In this document: piece by piece, positions 54,049 through 62,756 of the stretch
Layout: every line of letters begins with the position of its first letter
How positions within the stretch are numbered: the first letter of the stretch is position 1
NCBI GenBank assembly: GCA_963696385.1
Contig: CAVOKF010000007.1
Location: 448,001 to 512,000, forward strand
Origin: an uncultured delta proteobacterium
GTDB taxonomy: Bacteria; Myxococcota_A; Polyangia; Polyangiales; Polyangiaceae
Direction of reading: 5' to 3'
DNA length: 64,000 nucleotides
Program-made: the position numbers and the translations under genes
Notes under the pieces: generated by a model
The model's database searches: none
What the model was told of the DNA's origin: nothing
What the model saw: only the letters and a program-made list of their open reading frames with translations

Positions 54049-54810
54049 GTGCAGCCGTACGTCGTTCGCCAAGGCGACTTCATGGACCAGCTCGCGAGCC
54101 GGTACGGCTTCGATGGCGACGCGGCGTGGAACGACGGGAGCAATGATGGCCTTCGGAGAGCGGGCCGACTACCGAACCAGCTCTTCCCGGGTGACAAGCT
54201 GTCGCTTCCGGATCCCACCCCGCTAAAGGCTCACGCGCTCACCGTGGGCTCCATGAACACCTTCACGGCCCCCGCCCCGACGACGACGACGATCGGCGTG
54301 AAGTTCATTTCCACCGAGGGCGGCGCCTCGTACGCATCAAAGGCGTTCTTCGTCTCCGAGCTGCCGGAGCTGACCGACCTTTCGACGACGGGCGAGGGCG
54401 TCGCAACGTTCGACACGCCGGTCACGCTTTCGAAAGCGACGATCGTCTTCTCGGAGACCGGCGAGACGTGGGTGCTCGCCATCGGCGCGATGGACCCGAT
54501 GACGACGCTGAGCGGCATCTTCAAGCGCCTGCAGAACCTCGGTTATATCGCCGCGAACATCGAGTTCGACAGAAACGAACCGAGCAGCAACCTTCCGACC
54601 CTTCGCAACGGCCTTTTGGCCCTCAAGGAGAGCGAAGGCCGGGCTCCCGAGTCGTCCCCTCCGAGCGGCTCTCCCGATTCGTCGCCGCCGAGCGCGGACG
54701 CTGGAGGAGACGACAACGCCTCGGCCTCCGCTGCTGCCAGTGGGCTCTCCGACGACGGCACGCTCGACGGCGACACCGCCAATCTCCTGAAGGACGCCCA
54801 CGGCTGCTGA
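54049..54810 (+). CDS. LysM plus peptidoglycan-binding domain protein
   Basis: YVVRQGDFMDQLASRYG..PNQLFPGDKL; GIFKRLQNLGY..DGTLDGDT..HGC. Confidence 0.8.
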   Translation: MQPYVVRQGDFMDQLASRYGFDGDAAWNDGSNDGLRRAGRLPNQLFPGDKLSLPDPTPLKAHALTVGSMNTFTAPAPTTTTIGVKFISTEGGASYASKAFFVSELPELTDLSTTGEGVATFDTPVTLSKATIVFSETGETWVLAIGAMDPMTTLSGIFKRLQNLGYIAANIEFDRNEPSSNLPTLRNGLLALKESEGRAPESSPPSGSPDSSPPSADAGGDDNASASAAASGLSDDGTLDGDTANLLKDAHGC

Positions 54811-54992
54811 GCCGAACGGCGCCGAGGGCTATCGGGGCCGCTCAAGGCCATCGTCGGCTTGCGCGCGCTGAAAGCCGCGCAGGGGACCCCGACGGCGCGA
54901 CAGCGGTTCGGGTATCCGAGCGCTCCGTGCAATCCAGGCACTGGACTTTCCGAAGGCCACGATCTTAGAGACTTCGTTCGGAGGAAACGACG

Positions 54993-55625
54993 ATGAAGTG
55001 CTGGATTCTCGTCATCGCTGCGAGCGTGGCGGGGTGCTCGTCGGGCACGGGATCCCTTGGCCAGGCGTGCACGTACACCTCGGCGGGGTCGGACACGCTT
55101 TTCGGCGGTACCTACTCGTGTAACGGCGGGCTGCTTTGCAATCAGGCGCCCCAGCTGAACGGGCAGCCGGTCTGCCAGGCGCCAAACTCCCAAGGGGCCG
55201 GCGCCGCTTGCGACGACGACGCTCTTTGTGAGTCGGGCTTGTTTTGCGCGCCCATGGCGGGCGGGGCCACGTGCCAGCCTCTTCTCCAGGAGGGCGCCCC
55301 GTGCCCGAGCGGCGGCGGCTGTGCCCCGAACCTGCAGTGCGTCAAGGTCGTCATGAGCAACGGGGCCTATTGCCTAACGGCTGAGGATGGAGGGGCAGAG
55401 GCCGGCGAAACCGATGAAGCGGGCACCGTCGATGCGACCGCAGCGGGTGACGCGGCCCAGGCTACGGAGGGCGGCGAAGCCGGGGACGCGGCCGCGATCG
55501 AGAGCCAAGACTCGGCTCAACGCGGCCGCGGTGGCGACCACCACGAGATTGAAGATGCCGCGCGGTTCGACCCCGCTACTCGGACCCGGCCGCTCGGACG
55601 CCAAGATGCTCCGATTGGCGGATGA
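54993..55625 (+). CDS. Cys-rich lipoprotein
   Basis: VAGC lipobox; three G..C..C..GL.C repeats; acidic tail. Confidence 0.72.
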   Translation: MKCWILVIAASVAGCSSGTGSLGQACTYTSAGSDTLFGGTYSCNGGLLCNQAPQLNGQPVCQAPNSQGAGAACDDDALCESGLFCAPMAGGATCQPLLQEGAPCPSGGGCAPNLQCVKVVMSNGAYCLTAEDGGAEAGETDEAGTVDATAAGDAAQATEGGEAGDAAAIESQDSAQRGRGGDHHEIEDAARFDPATRTRPLGRQDAPIGG

Positions 55626-55686
55626 ATGGTCCGTCGGCTCCCAGGTCGGCACGACCTTTCACATCTCCGACCAAGGATGAACTGCC

Positions 55687-57342
55687 ATGCCCGAATCCCC
55701 GAGCCTGTCCTACGCAGCCGAACGCCTCTTCCGAACGGCGTTCCCGAAGCTCACGGTCGTAGCGCCTCCGGCAGGAATCCGCGTGGAGCGGGACGTCGCC
55801 ATCCCCATGCACGACGGGACGACGCTGCGCGCGAACGTCTTCCGACCCGACCGAGAGGGCCGGTGTCCCGTGATCATGTACGCGCACCCGTACGGCAAGG
55901 ACGTGCTGCCGACGCGGACGCCGTTCGGGTATCTCCCCCTGAAGCGCTATCGTTTCATGCGGCAACCGGAGCGCGTCACTTTCTCGGCCTACACAGCCTG
56001 GGAGGCGCCGGATCCGGGCTACTGGGTTCCGCGCGGCTACGTCCTGGTAAACCTCGACCTCCGCGGCTTCGGGACGTCGGAGGGCAAGGGAACGCTCCTC
56101 TCGGACCAAGAGGCCACCGACTACGCCGAGGCGATCGAGTGGGCCGCTGCGCAACCGTGGTCCTCCGGCAAGGTGGGTCTGAACGGTGTCTCGTACCTCG
56201 CGATCAGCCAGTGGAAAGTGGCTGCACTTCGCCCCAAGTCGCTTGCGGCGATCTGTCCGTGGGAAGGGTGGACCGACCCCTACCGTGACACCGCCTACCC
56301 GGGCGGCGTCCGCGAGGACGGCTTCCTCCCTTTCTGGGCCAACATGACGGAACGCGCCGGCCACGTCACAGAGTCGCTGCGACAGCAGCAGCTCGCTCAC
56401 CCCGAGCTGGACGACTTCTGGGCCTCGCGTACGCCGGTTCTCGAACGCATCGAGGTGCCGGCGCTCATCTGCGCGAGCTTCTCCGACCAGGGCCTCCACT
56501 CGCGCGGTTGCTTCGAGGGCTTCCGCCGCATTGGGTCACAGCACCGCTTCCTCTACACGCATCGAGGCGGCAAGTGGTCGACCTACTACTCGCCTGACGT
56601 TCTGGCGCTGCAAGCACGCTTCTTCGATTGCTTCCTCAAGGGCGAGGACAACGGAATGCGCGACGTATCGCCCGTACGGCTCGAAGTACGAACGCAGGGT
56701 GACCTCGTCCACGCGGTGCGCGAGGAGCGAGCTTGGCCGCCTCCCGGGGTCCGCTGGACGCCGCTCTACCTCGCACCCGGAGGACTACACGCCACGCCGA
56801 CGACCGCCCCGGCGACGTCGCAGTTCGACGTCCCGCACGGTGGCGCGAGCTTCGACCTTCGAGTTGCAGAGGACATGGAGCTCGTCGGGCCGATGACGCT
56901 TCGTCTGCACGTCGAGCTCGAAGGTGCGTCGGATGCACACCTCTTCGTTGCCGTCTCCAAGATCGAGGCCGCAGGTCGCGAGGTTCCCTTCGAGGGCTCT
57001 AGCGGCTTCGGCTGCGACGTCGTAGCGAAGGGGTGGCAACGGCTCGCCCATCGTCGCATCGACGATGCGCGTGGAGAGCCTCACCGGCCGTACCACCCGC
57101 ACGACGTCCCGGAGCCGGTACGCCCCGGGGACATCGTGCCCGTCGACATCGAGATCCTTCCATCGGCGACGTACTTCGCGCGCGGCGACACGTTGCGTCT
57201 TCATGTGCAGGGCCAATGGCTCTGGCGGCGCAGCATGTTCTTCGGGATGTTCCCCTTCACCTACACGCCGAGCCCCAAGGGGAAGGTGGTTCTGCACCTC
57301 GGGGACGGCCGCGACTCGCATCTCCTCGTGCCGCGGGCATGA
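55687..57342 (+). CDS. CocE/NonD family hydrolase
   Basis: DGTTLRANVFRP, PYGKD, DLRGFGTSEG, GVSYLA. Confidence 0.93.
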   Translation: MPESPSLSYAAERLFRTAFPKLTVVAPPAGIRVERDVAIPMHDGTTLRANVFRPDREGRCPVIMYAHPYGKDVLPTRTPFGYLPLKRYRFMRQPERVTFSAYTAWEAPDPGYWVPRGYVLVNLDLRGFGTSEGKGTLLSDQEATDYAEAIEWAAAQPWSSGKVGLNGVSYLAISQWKVAALRPKSLAAICPWEGWTDPYRDTAYPGGVREDGFLPFWANMTERAGHVTESLRQQQLAHPELDDFWASRTPVLERIEVPALICASFSDQGLHSRGCFEGFRRIGSQHRFLYTHRGGKWSTYYSPDVLALQARFFDCFLKGEDNGMRDVSPVRLEVRTQGDLVHAVREERAWPPPGVRWTPLYLAPGGLHATPTTAPATSQFDVPHGGASFDLRVAEDMELVGPMTLRLHVELEGASDAHLFVAVSKIEAAGREVPFEGSSGFGCDVVAKGWQRLAHRRIDDARGEPHRPYHPHDVPEPVRPGDIVPVDIEILPSATYFARGDTLRLHVQGQWLWRRSMFFGMFPFTYTPSPKGKVVLHLGDGRDSHLLVPRA

Positions 57343-57365
57343 CCGACGACGTTGGTCGGCGCCTG

Positions 57366-57794
57366 TCAACTCGGGAGGCCGCCAGGTTGGGAGCCCTCTA
57401 TAGCGCCGTGGAAGACGGCTTCGATGTCGTGCCCGTCCGGATCGAGAACGAAAGCCCCGTAGTAGTTCGGGTGGTAGTGCGCGCGGATCCCGGGGGCGCC
57501 AAAGTCCCTTCCGCCAGCGGCAAGGGCCGCCCGGTGGAAGGCGTCGACCTCGGCGCGATTGCGCGCGGCGAACGCGAGATGGGTCGGGACCACGACGCCC
57601 ACGTGTTCGGGTTTCAGGAAGGAGGTGGGTCCCGTCCCGATCCAGAAGGCCGGCATGCCGCCGCGACCGAAACCGCACGCGTTGCCGAACTCCATGATGG
57701 GGGCGATTCCCAGCGGCGCCAACGCGCGCTCGAAGAATGCTTTGGATCGCGCGTAGTCGGAGACGGACAGGCTCACGTGGTCCAGGATCGACAT
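57366..57794 (-). CDS. VOC/glyoxalase family protein
   Basis: LDHVSLSVSD, HLAFAA, YHPNYYGAFVLDPDGHDIEAV. Confidence 0.92.
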   Translation of the reverse strand: MSILDHVSLSVSDYARSKAFFERALAPLGIAPIMEFGNACGFGRGGMPAFWIGTGPTSFLKPEHVGVVVPTHLAFAARNRAEVDAFHRAALAAGGRDFGAPGIRAHYHPNYYGAFVLDPDGHDIEAVFHGAIEGSQPGGLPS

Positions 57795-57839
57795 AGTGGA
57801 CCCTGCCACATCTTCCGGCGCGCGTCACGCGACCGCTCG

Positions 57840-59171
57840 TCAGTTGTCCGAAAGGACGACCTCGGCGGGCTTCGCGGGCCTCGGCAAAATCCCCATCCGC
57901 TCGTAGATCGGCCGCACGGCCCGGCGCACCTCAGGCAGCGCGCGCAGGAAGATCGTGGCGGCAACGACGCAGATCGCTCCCCCGACGAGGATCGTGTTCT
58001 CGGCGCCGATGCGGGTTGCGAGCGCGCCGGCGATCAGGCTTCCGAGTGGAACCGTCCCGAAGAGCGACATGGCGAGGAGGCTCATCACCCGGCCGCGCTT
58101 GTCCTCGTCGACGATCGTCTGGATGATCGTGTTGCTCGCAGCGGTCTGCAGCATCATCCCGGTCCCGGCGAGCAGCAGCAGCGGCATCGCGAGCCAGAGG
58201 ATGTGAACCCGCGAGAATGCGATGAGGCCGAAGCCGAAGAGCGCCGCCGACATCACGACCACGCGGCCCAGCCCGAGGACGCTCGTTCGCGCGGCGAGGT
58301 AGAGCGCCCCCGCGAGGGCGCCGACGCCGGCGGTCGCCTGGAGGGTGCCCAGGGTCCCGGCGCCGCCGTGCATGACCTCGCGCGCAATGACCGGCAGGAG
58401 CACCGCGAACGGCCTGCCCGCCAGGCCCGTCACGGCGAGCAGTAGGAGCAGCGCCCGGATCGGCGCGAAGCCGCTCGCGTACCGGAACCCTTCGGCCATC
58501 TCGTGGAGCACGCGCGTGGACTTCGGCGTGCGCGGCGGCTCGTCGAGGCGCATGAGCAGCACCGAGAGGATGACGGCGCCGTAGCTGACCGCGTCGACGA
58601 AAAAACACCACCCCTCGCCGACCGCGGCGATGAGCACGCCGGCGATCGCGGGTCCGAGCAGGCGCGCCGCGTTGACCATCGACGAGTTGAGCGCAATCGC
58701 ATTGGGGAGATCGGCGCGGTCGTCCACCATCTGGACGACCATCGATTGGCGCACGGTCATGTCGAAGGCGTCGATGAGGCCCTGCAGAACGTTCAGCGCA
58801 ATGACCTCCCAGACCCGAATGACCCCGCTGATGGCGAGCCCCGCGAGCAAAAACGACTGGAGCATCGCGAGCGTCTGCGTGGCGAGCAGGACTCGGTACC
58901 GGTTCCAGCGGTCGACCATGACGCCGGCGAGCGGAGCGAGGACGAATGTGGGGATCTGTCCGGCGAACGCGAGCACGCCGAGGAGCCATGCGGAGCCCGT
59001 CAGCCGGTAGACGAGCCATGACGTGGCGACCTTCGTCAGCCAGGTGCCGATGAGCGAAATGCCCTGCCCCGTGAAGAAAAGGCGGTAGTTTCGGTGACGC
59101 AGGGCGCGTCCGACTGACGGCGCCCGGGGCGCGCCCCCTATCGGGTGAGCCGGGGGGGTCTCGGGTGCCAT
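57840..59171 (-). CDS. MFS transporter
   Basis: ALRHRNYRLFFTGQ, AGVMVDRWNR, NAIALNS, RGRVMS. Confidence 0.93.
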   Translation of the reverse strand: MAPETPPAHPIGGAPRAPSVGRALRHRNYRLFFTGQGISLIGTWLTKVATSWLVYRLTGSAWLLGVLAFAGQIPTFVLAPLAGVMVDRWNRYRVLLATQTLAMLQSFLLAGLAISGVIRVWEVIALNVLQGLIDAFDMTVRQSMVVQMVDDRADLPNAIALNSSMVNAARLLGPAIAGVLIAAVGEGWCFFVDAVSYGAVILSVLLMRLDEPPRTPKSTRVLHEMAEGFRYASGFAPIRALLLLLAVTGLAGRPFAVLLPVIAREVMHGGAGTLGTLQATAGVGALAGALYLAARTSVLGLGRVVVMSAALFGFGLIAFSRVHILWLAMPLLLLAGTGMMLQTAASNTIIQTIVDEDKRGRVMSLLAMSLFGTVPLGSLIAGALATRIGAENTILVGGAICVVAATIFLRALPEVRRAVRPIYERMGILPRPAKPAEVVLSDN

Positions 59172-59244
59172 CGATCGGGATGTTACATTTTTGCGCGTGT
59201 CGGCCGACGTCGCCGAAGGGGCGCCTCCAACTCGGGTCGCCGGC

Positions 59245-59460
59245 CTATCCCGACGACGGAATCAAGTCCTGAACGCCCTTGACGATCTGGGCGCCGAGGT
59301 GGAACAGAAACCATAGGACGGCGCCGGCCATGATCACGATGCCGAGCGGGTAGGCCCACGCCATTCGCTTTGCGCGCGGGGTCGGCTGCCCGCATTTCGG
59401 GCAAGCCTGCGCCTCGTCGGAAACGTCCCCGCCGCAAGCCAAACATTTAACGAGACGCAT
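59245..59460 (-). CDS. Small zinc-ribbon membrane protein
   Basis: LVKCLACGGDVSDEAQACPKCGQP plus one TM helix. Confidence 0.75.
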   Translation of the reverse strand: MRLVKCLACGGDVSDEAQACPKCGQPTPRAKRMAWAYPLGIVIMAGAVLWFLFHLGAQIVKGVQDLIPSSG

Positions 59461-59569
59461 CAAGGGTGAGCGTAGTCGGTGCAAGGGCGGTGACTCGACC
59501 CATTTGAGATCGCGTCTGCGGGCCCGGCAGACGGTTCTCGCTCAGAAAGTGACCTCCGCGCCGCTGCTC

Positions 59570-59626
59570 CGTCGAGGCGACGCCATGCTCGGCGGACTGC
59601 ATCATGATTACCGCGCCGCGGCGTGA
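59570..59626 (+). pseudogene. C-terminal remnant of an integrase-core transposase
   Basis: LGGLHHDYRAAA* tail typical of rve-type IS transposases. Confidence 0.5.
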
Positions 59627-59823
59627 GGGTGGCAGACGACGAGACGAGCGATGACAGGCCACGGCCGCGGCGCGCAAGACCGGATCGGTCAAGGGCCCGA
59701 GGGCTCCGCCGCGCCCGAACACGCGTTCCGTCGAGGCCCGGTTCATCGTGCGCACTGCCTCGTTCGGGCTTTCGTGCGGACATCTATCGACCGGCTGGCG
59801 CATGTCGTCTACTTTGACGACCC

Positions 59824-60654
59824 ATGGGCGGGCCACGAGCAGCGAGGCACCGACAGGCGAAGTCGAAGCTCACGCCCATCGCCACGGCCGAGGTCGCGGC
59901 GGGGCTGGTCTCCGCCGTCGGACGAGACGGCGCCATCCTGAAGACGGAGGTCACCCGGCGGAGCTCGCGAACGCAGGTGCTCGACGTCTTCGATGCCCTC
60001 GTTCGCGCCGGCCTCGAGGTGAGCGCGCGCTTCGTTCGCCGCCCGCTCGAGACGCAGATCCTGGAACGCCTGAACGGGGGGCCGCTGTCGCTTCGCGGAC
60101 TGGACAAGGTTGTGCGGGGCGCCACCGCGCGCGAGACTGCGCAGATGGCGACGAGCCTGGTGGACCGGAACAGGGCTCGATTCGTCGTCCGCGGAAAGGA
60201 CCTGCTCCTCGCGCGCCCGGACGCACCTGTGCTCGACACGCACGCGCAACAGCGTTTGAAAGCGGCCGTGGGAGCACTCGGCGCCTCGCTGGCGCTGGCC
60301 GACAAGAAAGACGGATGCCTGCTCCAATCGGATGTCGAGGATGCGCTCAGGCCCTTCGTCGGATCGCCTGCGCCGCTTGCCTCCGCGGCGATTCACGATG
60401 TGGCGTCGCTGGTCGACGCACATCGCGAGGGGTCGGGGTTGACATCGGTTCCCAAGCTCGTTCGGCTGCTGGGCGGCCTTTCGGCGCGGGACGCGCTTCA
60501 CGCCGAGCTCTTGCGAGGCGCTCGCGCGGGCCGATTGGAGCTTCGCCCGGAGAGCGGGATGGGGCGCCTGTCGGCCGAAGACGCGTCCTTTTGCATCTCG
60601 GGGCCCCAGGGGTCTCGGCTTTCGTGGGTGCGCCGGATCGAGGGGCCGTCGTGA
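59824..60654 (+). CDS. Hypothetical protein, possibly winged-helix DNA-binding
   Basis: GTGA-coupled to ATPase; C-terminal VPKLVRLL..LHAELL..GRLELRP. Confidence 0.7.
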   Translation: MGGPRAARHRQAKSKLTPIATAEVAAGLVSAVGRDGAILKTEVTRRSSRTQVLDVFDALVRAGLEVSARFVRRPLETQILERLNGGPLSLRGLDKVVRGATARETAQMATSLVDRNRARFVVRGKDLLLARPDAPVLDTHAQQRLKAAVGALGASLALADKKDGCLLQSDVEDALRPFVGSPAPLASAAIHDVASLVDAHREGSGLTSVPKLVRLLGGLSARDALHAELLRGARAGRLELRPESGMGRLSAEDASFCISGPQGSRLSWVRRIEGPS

Positions 60655-62756
60655 CCACGCCGAGGGCCGCGACCAGGCCGTCGACGTCGCCCTTCGAAAA
60701 CAATCACGCGGACCCATGGGGCAAAGCGTTCGTTGACCTTCCCGAACTGAACGCGGGCGTCACCGATGCCATCGCGGGCGCGATCACCCAAGTTCGGAGC
60801 ACCTCGGGGCGCCGCGATGCCGAAGTTCGAACGACGAGTTTGCTGGTCCTCGGGCCCGCGGGGGCGGGCAAGACGCACTTGTTCGCGCGGCTGCGGCGCA
60901 AGCTCGGACCCAAAGCGGTTTTCGTGCATCTGCGACCGCTCGTCGGCACGGAGATGACGCCGCGGTACGTCCTCGGTCAAATCGTGCAGCAGCTTGGATA
61001 CGAAGTCGAGACCCGCGGCGGCGACCGCGGTCTCAAACAGCTCGAGGCGCTCGTTGGGTCCTCGCTCGCCCAGCTCGATGGGGTGTCGCCGGATTGGCCA
61101 AGAGCCTTTCTCGACGAGGTGATGGGGCTCGACGAGGGAGCACGCGCTCACAAGCTCGAGTGGGCGGTCGAGAGGCTGCTCGAGCGACACAGGGAAGCGG
61201 ACGAAACCTATCTGACTCGGCTTCTCCACGCCCCGTTTCTGAAACCGGCGCAGCAACGCGCTGCGCTGGCGTGGCTCTCTGGGCGAGACCTCGAGGAGCA
61301 GCAGATGCAGCGCCTCGGAGTCGCCGGAGGCCTGCCGGAGGAGCGCATCCTCCAGGCGCTGCAGACGCTCGGGCTTTTCGCTGCCCCGGGGTCTCCGATC
61401 GTGCTGGTCTTCGACCAGCTCGAAAATCTCATGGACGCCGAAGCGACAGGCTCGCGCGTGCGCGCGTATGCGAATCTCGTCGCCGAGCTGTTCGATGCGA
61501 CGCGCGGGTTCGTGCTCGTCCAGATGGCACTCGACAGCGAATGGGAGCATGCGATTCGTCCGCAGCTCAGCGAAGCGCAGAAGTCGCGCCTCGGGGGGCA
61601 TGCAATCCCCATCGCGCTGCCGACGCCGAGTCAGGCACGCGAACTCGTGCGCCGTTGGGTCGAGGGTCTGCCGGACCGGCCGCAGCCCTTTCCCTGGCCG
61701 TTCGGCGAAGAACGCGTTGAGCATTGGTCGCGGACCGCGGGCATGACCCCGCGTATGCTCATGATCGAGTGCCGGCAAGCGCTCGCCCTGGGGCCCGACG
61801 CACCCTTCGACGTGCCGGTCGCGGACGCGCAGCCGCCCACCGACGCGGTTCTCCGGAGCGTCGATCCGGACAACGACGACGCGGCGCTGAGGGCGGCTTG
61901 GGAGAGCCATCTCGCCGCGGCCCGGGGGGCACTCGACGAGGCGGCGGCCGATCGCCGGAGTGCGGATCCGGCGCGCCTGGTGGGCGGCATGGCGTCCTGT
62001 CTGCACTTTCTCAAGGACGCGCAGGCGAAGCGCGTCGATGCGCGGCAGCCCGTGCAGATCGTTGCGCGCGTAGGCGCGAGAGTCTGCTTCGTGGCGTTTG
62101 TCCATCAAACTCATCCGCGGTCGGTGGTGACCGCACTCGACCGCGCCTCCGACAGTCTGTCTCAAGGCACTGCGATCGCCGTCCGCGAGCGCGCCCTCGA
62201 ATTCGCGCCGACGTGGAAAAAGGTACACGCCAGTCTGGCGGTGCTTCGCGAGAGGGGACTGCAGTGGATTTCTCTGGAGAGAGACGATGCAGCGCGGCTG
62301 CTGGCGCTCGAGAGTTTCCTCGCCTCGGCCAAGTCGAAGGACCTGGAGGATGGTGCCGGACGGATCTTCGAGGAAGCGGAGGTGCGCGGCTGGATGGACC
62401 GCACGCTCGGGGTGACGAGTTGGCCGGTGGCTCGAGCCCTCGCGGGAGCGCGGGTAGAACGGGAGTGGGAGGGAGACGACGGCGCGGCGGAGCGGCGCTC
62501 CGAGCCCGTCCAAACGGGCAGCGCCCCTTCGAAAGGGCGGAGCGGAGAGATCGTCGCCGCGGAGACAGCGACCACCATCCGGGCGTGCCTCACGCAGCTG
62601 CGGATCGCGTCGCTCGAGCGGCTCGTGCGTGAGGTCGCGCGGGTGAAGTCGGCGGCTTCGCGGGCTGAGGTCGTGAGCGCGCTCGAAGCGATGCCCGGAC
62701 AGGTCCGCTGGTTCGGACGCGCGATTGTGGCCATCCGCGAGCAGGAGCCGCGATGA
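60651..62756 (+). CDS. AAA/P-loop ATPase
   Basis: Walker A GPAGAGKT, Walker B LVFDQLE, TPRML sensor-like motif. Confidence 0.88.
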   Translation: MTTPRAATRPSTSPFENNHADPWGKAFVDLPELNAGVTDAIAGAITQVRSTSGRRDAEVRTTSLLVLGPAGAGKTHLFARLRRKLGPKAVFVHLRPLVGTEMTPRYVLGQIVQQLGYEVETRGGDRGLKQLEALVGSSLAQLDGVSPDWPRAFLDEVMGLDEGARAHKLEWAVERLLERHREADETYLTRLLHAPFLKPAQQRAALAWLSGRDLEEQQMQRLGVAGGLPEERILQALQTLGLFAAPGSPIVLVFDQLENLMDAEATGSRVRAYANLVAELFDATRGFVLVQMALDSEWEHAIRPQLSEAQKSRLGGHAIPIALPTPSQARELVRRWVEGLPDRPQPFPWPFGEERVEHWSRTAGMTPRMLMIECRQALALGPDAPFDVPVADAQPPTDAVLRSVDPDNDDAALRAAWESHLAAARGALDEAAADRRSADPARLVGGMASCLHFLKDAQAKRVDARQPVQIVARVGARVCFVAFVHQTHPRSVVTALDRASDSLSQGTAIAVRERALEFAPTWKKVHASLAVLRERGLQWISLERDDAARLLALESFLASAKSKDLEDGAGRIFEEAEVRGWMDRTLGVTSWPVARALAGARVEREWEGDDGAAERRSEPVQTGSAPSKGRSGEIVAAETATTIRACLTQLRIASLERLVREVARVKSAASRAEVVSALEAMPGQVRWFGRAIVAIREQEPR

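Noticed and set aside
59748..60650. N-terminal extension making the ATPase 1002 aa
   Set aside because: Overlaps the 59824-60654 gene in another frame; the GTGA overlap supports a start at 60651
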